DNA of 45,090 nucleotides, filler included, from Jimgerdemannia flammicorona (GCA_003990765.1; 2 parts of 2 records of this genome joined end to end with filler, not necessarily neighbours in it), one strand, 5' to 3'. Positions 11,535 to 23,566 are shown, numbered from the whole stretch's first letter. Translations and numbers: made by a program. Notes: a model not told the origin generated them from the letters alone.

Positions 11535-13149
11535 CTGAATGGTACTGGAGAAAGATACCCAGATGCCTGGTCTTGCTGATCTTGTTTTTGTTTTTGGCAC
11601 TTATCATACTCTTTGACAAATTGGTGTAGGTCTTCTTCTATCTTGGACCACCATATAGTTCTTCTTGCTTTATCATATATGTTGGTTTCTTCTACTTCAT
11701 TACTTAATACTTCTTGTGTTCAGGTATTACTAGCTTTCCTCCTTTTCTGAGTATAGTGTTGTCTAGTTAACTGTTTCCAAGTCTGGTTGATGATGGTGAT
11801 TGTCCAGGGTTTGAGGTGGTTGGACATCTTCCACTGCCTAAGATAGCTGATTAATCCATAGTATAGCTCCTTATTCATATTGAATAGTTTTGATGAGGGT
11901 GTTTCAGGGTATCTTTAAGAGTGTATCAGCATTGGTATTGGTCTTTCCTGAGTAGTACTTGATAGTACAGTCATACTCTTGCAGCCTGTAGATCTATCTG
12001 GCATATATTCCTTTGGGGTTCAGAGTGTGGAATAGTCAGGCAAGAGCAGAATAGTCTATTTGAATGGTGAAGTGTTTCCTAGCTAGGTAGTAGTGGAACT
12101 TGTCTACTGCCCAAACTACTGCTAAGCATTTAAGCTTACATGACTCATAGTTCTGTTCTGCTCCACAGGTACCTCAGCTTGCATAGGAGATAATATATTC
12201 ATGTTCATCTTTCTTCTAAGCTAGGACTGCTCCAAGTCCTATAGTACTCGCATCTGTCTGCAGGATGAATTCTAGGTTCCAGTCTGGTCTTCTGAGAATA
12301 GGTGCTTGGGTCAACCTGGTCTTGAGTTCATTGAAGGTTTCTTGGTGCTGCTTGGTCTATTTGAATTTGGTTTCCTTCTTCAGTAGCTCGTAGATAGGTG
12401 CTGCAATGTTGGAATATCATTTGATGAATTTTCTGTAGTAGCTGGCCAGTCCAAGGAAGGCATAGACTTCTGTGGTTATTCTGGGTCTCAGGTAGGCTGT
12501 AATAGTCTCAATCTTCATGGGGTCTGTGTGGATTCCAGTCTGGTTGATGAGGTGTTCTAGGTAGGCAATTTCTTGAGCTGCAAACTTGCATTTCTTGGGC
12601 TTGATGTAAAGGCCATGCTCCTTGAGCTTCTTGAGGGCTAGCTGTATGTAATTGATATGTTCCCATACAGTATTGCTGAAGATGATCACATCATCAACAT
12701 AGATAAAGAGCTATTTTCCAATCATGTTGCTGAAGACTCTATTCATCATTCACTGAAAACTTGCTGGGGCATTGCATATTCCAAATGTGATGAAAGCTGA
12801 TTTCTCACTAACATCTTGAGTGAGACCAATCTGATGGAAGCCTGAGAACAGATCCAAGGTGGTGTATTTCCTTGAGTTCTGCTCACAGCCACTCTCTGTA
12901 AGCAGGTAGTATGGGTCTGACTTTCTGGTAGATAGGCTTGGTATCACTAGTGTCAACTTCATGGTAGTACTTGGGTTCTTGATTGTGGATATCTCTGAAG
13001 TCTGTAGTAAGTACTTCTTTGTTTTGGTGCAGAATCTTAAGAAGTTGTTCCTCTAGAGGAAAGTTTTCTCCAATGGTATATGTGTGCTTGTTCTGGTCCT
13101 TGTCTTTCTTATGCTCAAGTTCAGTAATCTTGGTGGTGGCATAGGCTCC

Positions 13150-13560
13150 TCTTCCAGTAGATCCAAAGCCTTGTTCTCCTCTCTTGGTCTTGATGAGTTC
13201 AATGGCTTCTATAATCTTGAGCTTTTTGATTTCATGGATCAGCATCTGACCAATCCTATCATGCTTCTTGACTTCAAATGGGGTGGTGGGGTTGTGATTC
13301 CTGACTATGAGAAAGATTTCACCAGTATAATTGGGGTCAATTACTCCTCCTTTAACTGAGATTTCGCTTTTGGCCAGATTGCTCCTGGTCTTGATAATTC
13401 CAGTATAGTTCTCTGGTAACTTGACTCCAATTCCAGTGCCAAGTAGGGTGGTGGTCTGTGGTTCAAGGGTAGCATCTTGAATACTGGCAAGGTTCATTCC
13501 TATGGCTTCTTCAGTCTTGTATTCTGGGATCTTAGCTTCAGGGTGAAACTTCTTGACCTT
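13150..13560 (-). pseudogene. dUTPase domain between protease and RT
   Basis: Trimeric dUTPase motifs: GMNL (I, mutated), TRSNLA (II), GGVIDPNYTGEI (III), DRIGQM (IV), RGEQGFGSTG (V). Confidence 0.92.
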
Positions 13561-15976
13561 AAGAGTGATGTCTGATTCTTGTTCCTCCTTATCATCACTG
13601 TCAGCCTGAAGCTCTGGGGGCTAGTCATCTTCTTCAGCTTTCCTTTTTGCTTCAGCGGCTTCTTGCTCATATTTCTGTTGGCAGATTTTCCTGACTTCAC
13701 TGATATAGGACCAGCAGTTATTCAGGTGTTCAGAGTAGTACATCCTAGTACCATGGTTGAGGGGCATAGCCATTGATGATCTTGTTGTACCACTGCTCAT
13801 CTGTGAGCTTGGGTATCTTGTTCTTGTTCTTGTTCACCAAGTGCATGAAGACCTCTGTGTTCTCTTCATCTCCTTCCTCTATGTCTGGTAGAACTCCTTT
13901 GTGGACATTGATAGAGACTTGTACCTTTCTTCTTCTATAGTTGATCTGCATCTTCTGGGCATTGAGTTCAATGATAGCCTTGGCCTTGTGAAGCTATTGG
14001 TTGCCAATGAGGATGTCATAGTTGGTGGTACTTGTGACAATCACATCTACTGGGATGGTAGCTCCTCCTATCTTGATGGGGACTTTTCAGATTTTGCCAA
14101 GAGGGGTAGCTCATATACCATCTGCTATGACATAGACCATCTTGGTAGACTCTTCAATATTCCAACCTAGGTGGTCAATTGCCTTCTTGCTCATGAGATA
14201 TCCTCCAGCACCAGTATCAATGATGACATTAAAGATATAGTTTTCAATCTGACATAGAGTATAGGTTGATGTCTTGTGCTGGTCTTTGGATTCTTCACCT
14301 GAGTTCTCAGATTCTTCCTGTGCATTGTGAGCTTCTACAATCTTGTACTCTTGATTCTTGACAATAGTTGCAAGTTCTACTCTCAACTACTGTCTAAAGG
14401 CAGGGACTTCAGCTAGTTATCCAAAAGTAGCATTGACCTTCTGTTCCTTAAGGTCCTTATAGATATCATACTGATGGATCTTGGTCTTGTACAGCTTCTG
14501 TTCCTTCTTGCTTTTGCTTTCTCCTGAGACTGGAGTAGTGCTTTCAATAATTTAGTGAGTAGCTTCATCTAACTTCATGTTTTGATCAATCTTCTCAGGT
14601 TGGATCTTGCTTTGAATAGTAATAGCTGGGATCTTATTTGATCTTCCAACTGGCTTGCTGTTGCTCTTCTTGTTATAGGGCTTGGACCAGGTTCTGGTAC
14701 CTTCAGTAGCAGGGTAGAATTCAAGCTCCTCATAGTATTCTTCATCATCAGTGTCACCAATCTCCTCAATGACTACTGCATTAGTTTGTTCTCTGGTTCT
14801 GCTAGTATTGCTTAGTTGGGCTTTGCATCTTGTTTTGGTTATGCAACTCTTTGTATAGTGGCCTTCTTCTCCACATCTGAAGTATGTGATATTGTATTCT
14901 TCTGTAGTAGCTGCAAATCTCTGCACTGGTCTCCTGTTGATGCTTCAGACTTCTCTAACAATATCACCAAGGTGTGCAGTCATCTTGGTGAACTGCTTGG
15001 CAAGTTCTTCCACTGGGTCAGCTTTGGCTGTCTTGGGGGTAGGTGGGGATGGTTGTCTGTTTACAACTGTGGCAGGTATGATACTAGTTGGCTTTGATGG
15101 CTCTATCTTGATGCCAGTTATTTTCTTCATTGAGTGTTCAGCAGGGTGTCTGGCAGTCCAATATCTCTATACAAAGACCACTTTCTGATCAAGGGTCAGT
15201 ATAGCTGGGTTAGACCAGATTGCTAGAGCAATTTCAGGGTGAACTCCTTTGAGGAAGGTTGAATCCGCTATTTGTTCCTTAAGGGCATCATCATAGCCAG
15301 CTAAGACAATCTGGTGGCAGATTCAGATATAGAATGAGTTGGGATCTTCACTGCGTCCCTGGCAGATAGTATTGAGTTGATCCTTGAGAGCTTGCTTGAT
15401 CTCTTCAGTATAATATATTGTTCTGAGGAAGGCCTTCATGTTGGCAAGTTTGGCTGCACCAGTATCAGCAATGGTAGCTACATTGAACTTGTCTCTGGCA
15501 GGTCCTTTGAGGCTGACTGGTAGAAGGGCCAATTGAGCATCCACACCAAGGGCTCATATGACAGTGAATTGTTCAAAGTCTTCAATAAAGGTCAGGATTG
15601 ACTCTTTAGTAGTATGTATATCCATAGAATGTGGGGGGATGTATTTCTATCTTGTCTTGAATTCTTGCAGGGGTGACTCTTATAGTCAGGGTAGTTATTG
15701 TGGAGGTTGTTTATTTTTCAGCTTGAAAGTTAGTAATTCATCTTGAATCACCAGCCAATGGGCACCAAGTTGTCATGTAGTGGTCGCTGAGTTCTTCAAA
15801 TATATCAGACTCCCTTCAAGGTATATCTCTTAGACTAACTCAAGTTTGTTATAAGCAAGTTCTTATTGGAGTGCCTTCCCAAGGTCTTATAGTCCTCAAA
15901 CTTCTTATCTTAAACTGTCTTATTATCTCTTAGATTGCTTGCAAGGAAGTATGTAAGTGAACTAGATAGAACTGAC

Positions 15977-16009
15977 TTTATTTCAGAGGAAATAAGAGGG
16001 GTATTTATA
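15977..16009 (-). promoter_or_regulatory. LTR TATA box (TATAAATA, 16009-16002) and downstream AATAAA (15982-15977)
   Basis: Both motifs are in element orientation ~210-240 bp from the PBS-proximal LTR end, and are identical in the second LTR copy (~19936-19968). Confidence 0.6.
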
Positions 16010-16130
16010 CAAAATATAATTCAATAGTTGCTAAGATATAAAGCTAAATATAAATTCTAATAACTAAAACTACTAAGTTTCAGGATCAGTACTGATGGTT
16101 GTACAGGTTCAGGATGCTGGTATAATTTAG

Positions 16131-16240
16131 TGTAATATCAAAATACCAGTACTGGCATTATTCAGTATTACATCAAAATACCAGTGCTGGCATTATTTAG
16201 TATTACATCAAAATACCAGTGCTGGCATTATTCAGTGTTA
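16131..16240. repeat. Three 35-bp tandem repeats with palindromic core (CCAGTRCTGG) in LTR U3
   Basis: CATCAAAATACCAGTGCTGGCATTATT recurs at 16171 and 16206 (period 35) with a variant at ~16136. A more diverged array is at ~20090-20200. Confidence 0.85.
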
Positions 16241-16248
16241 CAAAGAGC

Positions 16249-17087
16249 TTAGAGCAGAAAGTTCAGGATCATGGGGGCTTCATTCTTGTCATCACTGAAG
16301 GAGATGAGATTTATGAATTCATCATCATCATCATACAGGTCATATATCTCGTGTATGTCATGTGTTTCATGTACTTTGATGTTACACAGGATGATGTCAT
16401 TGCCAATGACATCATTACATTTAGCAGCAATGGGAATAAGAAGATCTGGAGCTCTCCAGTCTATGAGGTTCTCTTCCACAAAATAGGGGACAAATATGGG
16501 GTCTTGGGAGGTCTAACCTGGATGCTTGGGTCTTAGAATACTGAGATCAATCCTTGCAGAAATTGGTCTGGGTTGTCCTGGAGGATGGGATGCCAGAAGT
16601 CTTCTACTTCATCACTATTGAGGGTGATAGTGGACTGGGTCTCTGTAGCCACCCTGGCTTCTGGTACATTGATACAGCAGGATGACAGATCTCTGAAATC
16701 TGAGGCTCTAACATACTCTAAGTTGGGAATTGACTATGGTATATGCCTGAAGATCTGATGGATCTTCTTAGCTGTCCTCATTTCACATATATTCATAAGA
16801 GTGGTATCTTATAGCTCTTGAGTGCTGGCCTGTGAGAACTCTCAGCAGAGGAGATTTCCTATTTCATACTCCTGTCACATTTGGAGGCATTTGGTAGCAA
16901 TAGTGATCCTTGTTTCCATTTTATAGCAGTAGAGGATATAATGATAAGGATTACTAGTACTCAGGTTGACACTAGGAGTCCTTCTTGAGTGGGTCCTCAT
17001 AGCTCTTCTGATGTCTTGGAACATCCTTTCTTTAACTGAGGTGCCTTGATGATTCCTTGACCTTGAGATTTGGCAGATAGTAGACAT
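16249..17087 (-). pseudogene. LTR-encoded ORF of unknown function, copy A (disrupted)
   Basis: Joins track ORFs 16875-17087 and 16249-16479 through transition-type stops and one 1-bp indel near 16507; homologous to 20208-21011. Confidence 0.8.
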
Positions 17088-17439
17088 TTCATTTATAGTA
17101 AGTCTTTGAGCTATTTTGGGATTGGTGGGTCTTGTTGGTTACTGCTACTGCAGTTCTTTGATTCTTTTTTTATATTCTTCAAGATACTTGTGCTGTGATT
17201 ACAATGACTCACAGTTAGTCATCATTGCTCATCTCATATGCTGTATAATCTTCTTGTACTCTGATCTGGTGGCTTGCAAGGAAAGGCTGTCTCCTGTATT
17301 GATGTCATCATTCTGGGGTCACCATTACAGTATATATATTCATATTTGTATTTGTAAATATGCCCAAGAATATTTTTCTCTTACATTCTTCTGTTTATAT
17401 ATATGTATAAGTAAATTACATGATAAGCTTCATTTGTTC

Positions 17440-17741
17440 ACTAGATTTAAATCAGATAATTCAAATTTAGTAATTTAAATCTGATGATTCAAATCTGATA
17501 ATTTGAATTCAGAGATTTGAATTTAGTGATTTGAATTCAGTATTTCAAATTTAGTAATTCAAATCATTAGTTTGGAGATTTGGATCAGAGTAGTTATAAT
17601 TCGAACTAATTTGAATAAATCATATAATGAATTTAAACTGATTCTGATCAGTTTGAATTGATCATGTAATTAATTTGAATTAGTTTGAATCAGAAATAGT
17701 TACAATTTGAACTGATTTGAACTGACTTATTTGGAGTACTA
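17440..17741 (+). mobile_element. DNA-transposon right end (subterminal TTTGAA/TTCAAA repeats plus TIR)
   Basis: Dense TTTGAA/TTCAAA/TTCGAA motifs ending CTGACTTATTTGGAGTACTA, the inverse of 6606-6625. Confidence 0.6.
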
Positions 17742-19729
17742 TTGGGGAGTACTTCTTTATTAATATTGATGAGAATTTACATCTTCTGACCTTGGTAGAT
17801 GATCTGTATCTTCTAGGCATTGAGGTCAATTATTGCTCTGACTTTATGAAGCCACTGGTTGCTGATGAGGATGTCATAGTTGGTAGTATTGGTTATGATC
17901 ACATCTACTGGGATTATTGCTCCTTCAAACTTAATAGAAATATCTAGGATCTTTCTTAGAAGTGTGGCTCTTATATTATCTACTGTAATGAATACCAATT
18001 TAGTTTCTTCTTCAATCTCCCAACCTAGGTAGTCTGCTACTTTCTTACTGAGAAAATATTCTCCTGCTCTAGTATCAATGATGATCTCAAAGATTCTATC
18101 TTCAATTTGATAGATTATATAGGCAGATGTCTTATGATTATCTTTACTCTCTTCTCCAGAACAGAGTCTTCTTGAACATTGTTGGTCTTGGTTATTTTCT
18201 ATCCTTATTCCTTGGTTATCTCAGTAAGTCTATATCTCATTTGCTATCTAAATGTAAGTATTTCTGTCAGCTGGCCAAAGGTTGTATTGACCTTTTGTTA
18301 ACTGAGGTCCTTGAAGATACATATTATATTTGAAAGTTTTGGTCTTGTGAAGCTTCTTCTCCTTTTCTCCTTCACTAGCTGGAGTAGTTCCTCAAATGAT
18401 ATCTTGAACAGTCTGTTCCAGCTCTATATCTTGATCTATTTCTTTACCTTGACTTTCTATAGTAGTTTTCATCTGTTTATCTACAGAGTTCTTCTTAGGT
18501 CTTCCTAGTGGTTTCTTATAGGATTGTTTGTAAACATCCTTCTTGATAGTCTTGGCAGAGTAGGTTTCTCATTCTTCTATATCTGATTCCTCAATCTTCT
18601 CAAAGATAATGATATTGGCCTGTTTCTTATTTTAAGTAGTATTGCTTGACTGGGCCTTGCATTTAGTTTTGCTCATACATTTATATATATAATAGTCTTC
18701 TTTTCCACAGGTGTAGCAGATATCTCTCTTCTTGTCTAAGATGGTAGTAAACTTCTGAACTAAGTAGTGGTCTCTTCCTCTAATTTCTTTTATTATATCT
18801 CCTAGATGGGCTGTCATTTTGGTAGACTTCTTGGCAAGTTCTTCTATTGAGTCACTATTTCTCTACTATTCAGTAGCTCTTGGCTGAGATGTATTTTAAT
18901 TGATTACTATGATAGAGATTATGATAGTTGCCTTAAGTACTTCAATTCTAACTCTAGTAACTCTTTTTATTGTATAATCTTGTAGATATCTGGCTATCTA
19001 ATATCACTGGGCATAGATAACCTTTTGTACTAGATTCAGAACTACAGGTAATAAGTGGATGGCCAGAGCTATCTCTAGGTAGACTCTCTTCATAAAGGTT
19101 ACCTTCACTACTTGATCTCAGATAGTGGCAGCATAATCTATAAAGATTATCTAATATTAGATTCTGGTATAGAATGTGTTTGGATTCTTGCTAATTTCTT
19201 AATAAGTTATATTGAGCTGATCCTTCAGGGCTTACTTGATCTCATCTGTATAGCAGGTAATTTAGAGCCAGGTCTTCTGTACTATCAGTATAGTATTAGT
19301 ATTATTTTCTATATAGATTATAGCTGTGAATGCTACTCTTGTAGAACCTTATAGACTAAAGGATATGAGAGCTACTTACTGTACTACTGTCAGAGTTCTT
19401 ATAGCAGTATACTGCTCAAAATTATTAATGAAGATGATAATTGATTCATCTGAAGTATATCTATAGAATACTGATAGTCTCATATCTATCATGTCTGAAT
19501 GTCTTGATTTAATTTATATAGTTATTCAGATAGTAGTAATTGTTTGTTATTTAGCTTAAAAGTGAGGGATTCATCTTGAATCACTAGCCAATAGATACCA
19601 AGTTATAATATAGCAGACATACATATAACTGTGTAAGTATATCAGATTTCTGTATCTTAAAAACTTGATCTTCTTTAACTTCACAGAGTTCTCAAAATAT
19701 AGAGGTGGGTGAGTTTGAAGTATATCTGC

Positions 19730-21253
19730 TGCCATATAGTGGTCACTGAGTCCTTCAAATATGCCAGATTCTCTTCAAGGTATATCTCTTAGACTAACTC
19801 AAGTTTGTTATAAGCAAGTTCTTATTAGAGTGCCTTCCCAAGGTCTTATAGTCCTCAAACTTCTTATCTTTAACTATCTTGTTATCTCTTAGATTGCTTG
19901 CAAGGAAGTGTGTATATTGCACTGAGAAGACTGACTTTATTTCAGAGGAAATAAGAGGGGTATTTATACAAAATATAATTTAATGGTTACTAAGATATAA
20001 AGCTAAATATAAATTCCAATAACTAAAACTACTAAGTTCCAGAGTCGGCACTGATGGTTGTATAGGTTCATGATGCTGGTATAATTTGGTGTCACATCAG
20101 AATGCTAGTGCTGGAACAATTTTGCATCACCTCAGAATGCCAGTGCTGATATTATCCAGTATTACATCAAAATACTGGTGCTGGCATTATTCAGTATAAC
20201 AAAGAACTTAGAGCAGAAAGTTCAGGACCATGGGGGCTTCATCCTCATCATCAGAGGTCAGAATATCTTTAAAGGAGATGAGATCCATGAATTCATCATT
20301 TTTACATGCTTCAATGTCATGTGGGATGATGTCATTGCCAATAATATCATCACATTCAGTGGGGAAATTGGGGGCTCTCCAATCTATGAGGTTCTCTTCC
20401 ACAAAATAAGGAGCAAATATGGGGTCTTGGGGAGGTCTAACCTGGATGCTTGGGCCTTGGAATACTGAGATCAATCCTTGCAGAAATTGGTCTGAGTTGT
20501 TCTGAAGGATGGGATGCCAGAAGTCTTCTACTTCATCACTGTTGAGGGTGATAGTGGATGGAGCTTCTGTGGCCACCCTGGCTTCTAATACATTGATATG
20601 GCAGGATGACAGATCTCTGAAATCTGAGACTTTAACATACTCTAAGTTGGGAATTGACCATGGTGCATGCCTGAAGATCTGATGGATCTTCTTAGCTGTC
20701 CTTGCCTCACATATGTCCATGGGAGTAGCATCTTATAGCTCTTGAGGGCTGGCCTGTGGGAACTCCTGGCAGAGGAGATTTCCTATTTCATACTTCTGCC
20801 ACATTTGGAGGCATTCAGTAGCAATAGTGATCCTTGTTTCCATTTCATGATAGTAGAGAATAAAGTAATAGGGATCTGTAGTACCCAGGTTGACACTAGG
20901 AGTTCTTTTTGAGTAAGTCCTCATGGCTCTTCTGATGTCTTGGAATATCCTTTCCTCGACTGAGATGCCTTGGTAATTTCTTGACCTTGAGGTTTGGTGG
21001 GCAGTAGACATTTTATTTGTAGTAAGTCTTTGAGCTATTTTGGGATTGGTAGTTCTTATTGGTTGCTGCTACTGCAGTTCCTTCATCCTTCTTTTATATT
21101 CTTCAGAATGCTTGTACTGTGGTCACAATAACTCACAGTTGGTCATCATTGCTTATCTCGTATATTATATAATCTCCTTGTGCTCCAATCTGGTGGCTTG
21201 TGAGGAAAGGCTGTCTCCTGTACTGATGTCATCATTCCGGGATCACCATTATA
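19730..21253 (-). mobile_element. Solo long LTR of the 11535-17329 family, nested in the sister element's LTR
   Basis: End-to-end homologue of 15771-17329 (TGCCATATAGTGGTCACTGAG...CACCATTATA). Flanks CTGC (19726-19729) and CTAC (21254-21257) fit a 4-bp TSD with one G>A. Confidence 0.88.
20208..21011 (-). pseudogene. LTR-encoded ORF of unknown function, copy B (~267 codons, one internal TAA)
   Basis: Track ORFs 20733-21011 and 20208-20720 are in the same frame, separated by one TAA (20735-20733) explicable as CAA/CGA>TAA. Confidence 0.85.
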
Positions 21254-21639
21254 CTACTTATAGGCTTACTAGTTCCTTTACTTTCTCTTTACTTTGAAAT
21301 ATTTTGATCTTAGGTTTATTTACTCTCTATACTGGGAATATTTATATAAGTTTACTAGTTATAAGGTACTAAGTTATGACTATGTTTCCTGTGAGTCATT
21401 CTTTATAAGTATTAATTTCTGATATCTGTTAAGTCTTTAATAATCATCAAAACTTTAACATCTGTAAAATCTTGATATTTGTGAAGAGTTTAACATTTAT
21501 AAAAACTTTAATATTTGTAAAATGGCTGCTATTTGTAAGACTATACTATATTTGGGAATCAGATTTAGATACTACAATCAAATGTCTATTCTTCTAATTT
21601 ATATTCCTGATTTGAATCAACTATCATAATATATATAAA

Positions 21640-22375
21640 GAGCTTATCAATTTAATCTCATATTCAATAAATAGAATTTAGCAGGTAGAATTTTATTTAT
21701 GATTGATATATAGATATCCCCTAATGTAATTTTATTTCTGAGTATTACTAGTTATTAGATTGATCTTGATTAATAACTTAAATCTCTTACTTTTGACTTT
21801 ATTAAACTTACTGGTCCTCATTCTAAAGAAAATATTTCAGATATTTTTATTAGTTATATCTGAGAGCTTAAGATTACAAATAAGATAAAAATAGAGGACT
21901 TACTATCTGATTAGTATTTTGAAAGAAGTCTTAAAATAAAATAGATTTTAATAGTTATTTATTTTCATATAAATTTGCTAACTGAAAATTTCAAATATAG
22001 ATTTTGACCATTATAATAGACAATGCCATAAATAATATAACATTTTTCTGAATTTTAATAGTCAACTTTCAATAGAAAAATATGGCCTTTGGTACAAAAA
22101 ACTACTGGGTATATTGTTAGATCTATATACTGAATCTTACTATTCAGAATTATCTTATATATATAAATAAATCATCTGAAAGTAAAGGAACTCTGAGTAT
22201 TATTTCTAAGCTATACAAACTAGTTATATTGGTTCAATCATCTCTACAATAATAAGATAAATTTACTATATAGTACAGAGCAATCAGTTTAGTTCTAAAA
22301 GAGCTGATATTGAATGTCTATATATATTGAAATTTGATATTTGCAATGATCCAATATATACTAGAGTTTGCTATA
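21640..22375 (+). pseudogene. hAT (Ac-like) transposase remnant, hypermutated
   Basis: Reads IDI*ISPN, FLSITSY*ID, LTFDFIKLTGPHSKENIS, IIIDNAINN, IYILNLTIQ, ISKLYKLV..VQSSLQ, LILNVYIY*NLIFAMIQ = hAT motifs DxWTS, GPHSGENI, TDNA.NN, CxAHILNL, DVxTRWNST after reversing transitions. Confidence 0.88.
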
Positions 22376-22463
22376 TAGCATGTGCTCTTTTTTGATTGGC
22401 TGAAGTAAATTGTTTTGGATGACTGAGGATTATTAATTAATTTCAAAATAATTTTTTTTTTTT

Positions 22464-22496
<33 letters not shown>

Positions 22497-22596
22497 NNNN
22501 NNNNNNNNNNNNNNNNNNNNNNNNNNNNNNNNNNNNNNNNTTAATTAATTAANNNNNNNNNNNNNNNNNNNNNNNNNNNNNNNNNNNNNNNNNNNN
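22497..22596. other. Artificial scaffold gap: 44 N + TTAATTAATTAA + 44 N
   Basis: Exactly 100 bp, with a palindromic six-frame-stop linker between N runs, flanked by homopolymer contig ends. Confidence 0.95.
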
Positions 22597-22606
22597 AAAA
22601 AAAAAA

Positions 22607-23566
22607 TTCTGGTGGGGGGTGGTAGAGGGGGCACACTACATTGAAATTTGTTGACAAAGAAATGAAGGAGAGGAGGCTTAGGACCTGGTGATATAGAGAT
22701 GGGACCAGGTGTTGCTGGGCAGTATTCCCTTACTAGAGTTTGACCTTAGTAATGGGATAGAATGCCAGAGGGGACTGGGCTAGGATTTGTGGTCCAGTGG
22801 TTGGTAAGGTATAGGGATTGGTGAAGAGTAGGACTAGTATAGCATTTGGGCCTAGAGTACTGAGGTGAGATGATGGATTCTGCTGAAGTACTGAGTGACT
22901 TGGTGGTACATACTGAGGAGGAATATAATGCTCAACTACTGCTTGGGTCACCTTATTGAGGGAGGTTGCTTTGACTATAAGGAGTGCTATAATGTAGGAC
23001 AGGAAGGGGAATATATACAGATGCCTGAACATTAGCTAAGAGAGTGCAAGGTACTTAGTGACTTTTAGTAGACTATTAGGGATCATTTGAGGGTAGGGTG
23101 CAGAAGAGTTAGCATGCAGGGGCGGTGAGAGGATTTGAGGGATAGACTGATGGGGGGGGTGGGAAAGGATGGCTCACACTAGACTGGGCTCTGGCCATTT
23201 AGGTGGGGTTAGCCAGCCACTGGTTATTTGTTTTTGAGAATGGGAGGAGGCTAGGCTTAGGGGTCTGGCTGCTGCAGTGGCATAGTCTTATGGAAGACAC
23301 CCTGATAGACTGGTGGCTTGGTTGGGGGTTGCAGAGTGGTTGGAGGCATTGATTGGTAGAAAAAATCTGTAGGCAGAGTGGGGGAAGGGTTGAAGTAGTA
23401 GGTGAGAAGGTAGTCTTTGTTTAGGAGAGGATGGGGAGAGGCTCCCCCATGGGGATCGGGTAGTAGGAGAAAGTACTGTGTAATTATTAATAGATTGATA
23501 ATAAATGGCAGAGTCCAAGTGACTATAAAAAAATAAAAATAAAAAAATAAAAAAAAAAAAAAAAAA
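22607..23566 (+). mobile_element. 3' end of an L1/Tx1-type LINE with poly(A) tail
   Basis: WDQVLLGSIPLLEFDLS is homologous to WDRLLLGGIPLTELDIS at ~35570; a zinc-finger-like segment GCFDYKEC...PEH*LREC...DF* follows; A-rich tail at 23525-23566. Confidence 0.75.

Larger units (their letters stand above)
11535..17329 (-). mobile_element. 3'-truncated Ty3/Gypsy element: 1.56-kb 5' LTR (15771-17329), PBS, gag, protease, dUTPase, RT, RNase H, start of integrase
   Basis: LTR bounded by TGTCAT...ATTACA; PBS TGGTGCCCATTGGCTGG (15767-15751); knuckle (C)FRCGEEGHYTKSC; protease IIDTGAG; RT LDLFSGFHQI, CNAPASFQ, YVDD (12701-12690), FLGLASYYRKFI; integrase N-terminus WWSKIEEDLHQFVKEYDKCQK cut at ~11535. 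Many stops and an internal RT deletion. Confidence 0.92.
17742..21576 (-). mobile_element. Truncated sister Gypsy element (short ~445-bp 5' LTR split as 19604-19729 + 21258-21576, PBS, gag, protease)
   Basis: Collinear with 13880-15770: same PBS context (TCATCTTGAATCAC.AGCCAAT...ACCAAGT), MTAHLGDI, knuckle CYTCGKEDYYIYKC, protease region YDILISNQWL. Different LTR with TATA at ~21338-21347 and end ...TACTACA at 21576. Confidence 0.8.

Noticed and set aside
16131..16240. CRISPR-like 35-bp repeats
   Set aside because: Head-to-tail without spacers, inside a eukaryotic LTR, no cas genes.
22541..22552. Perfect palindrome TTAATTAATTAA
   Set aside because: Assembly linker inside an N gap; adjacency of the two sides is therefore also unproven.
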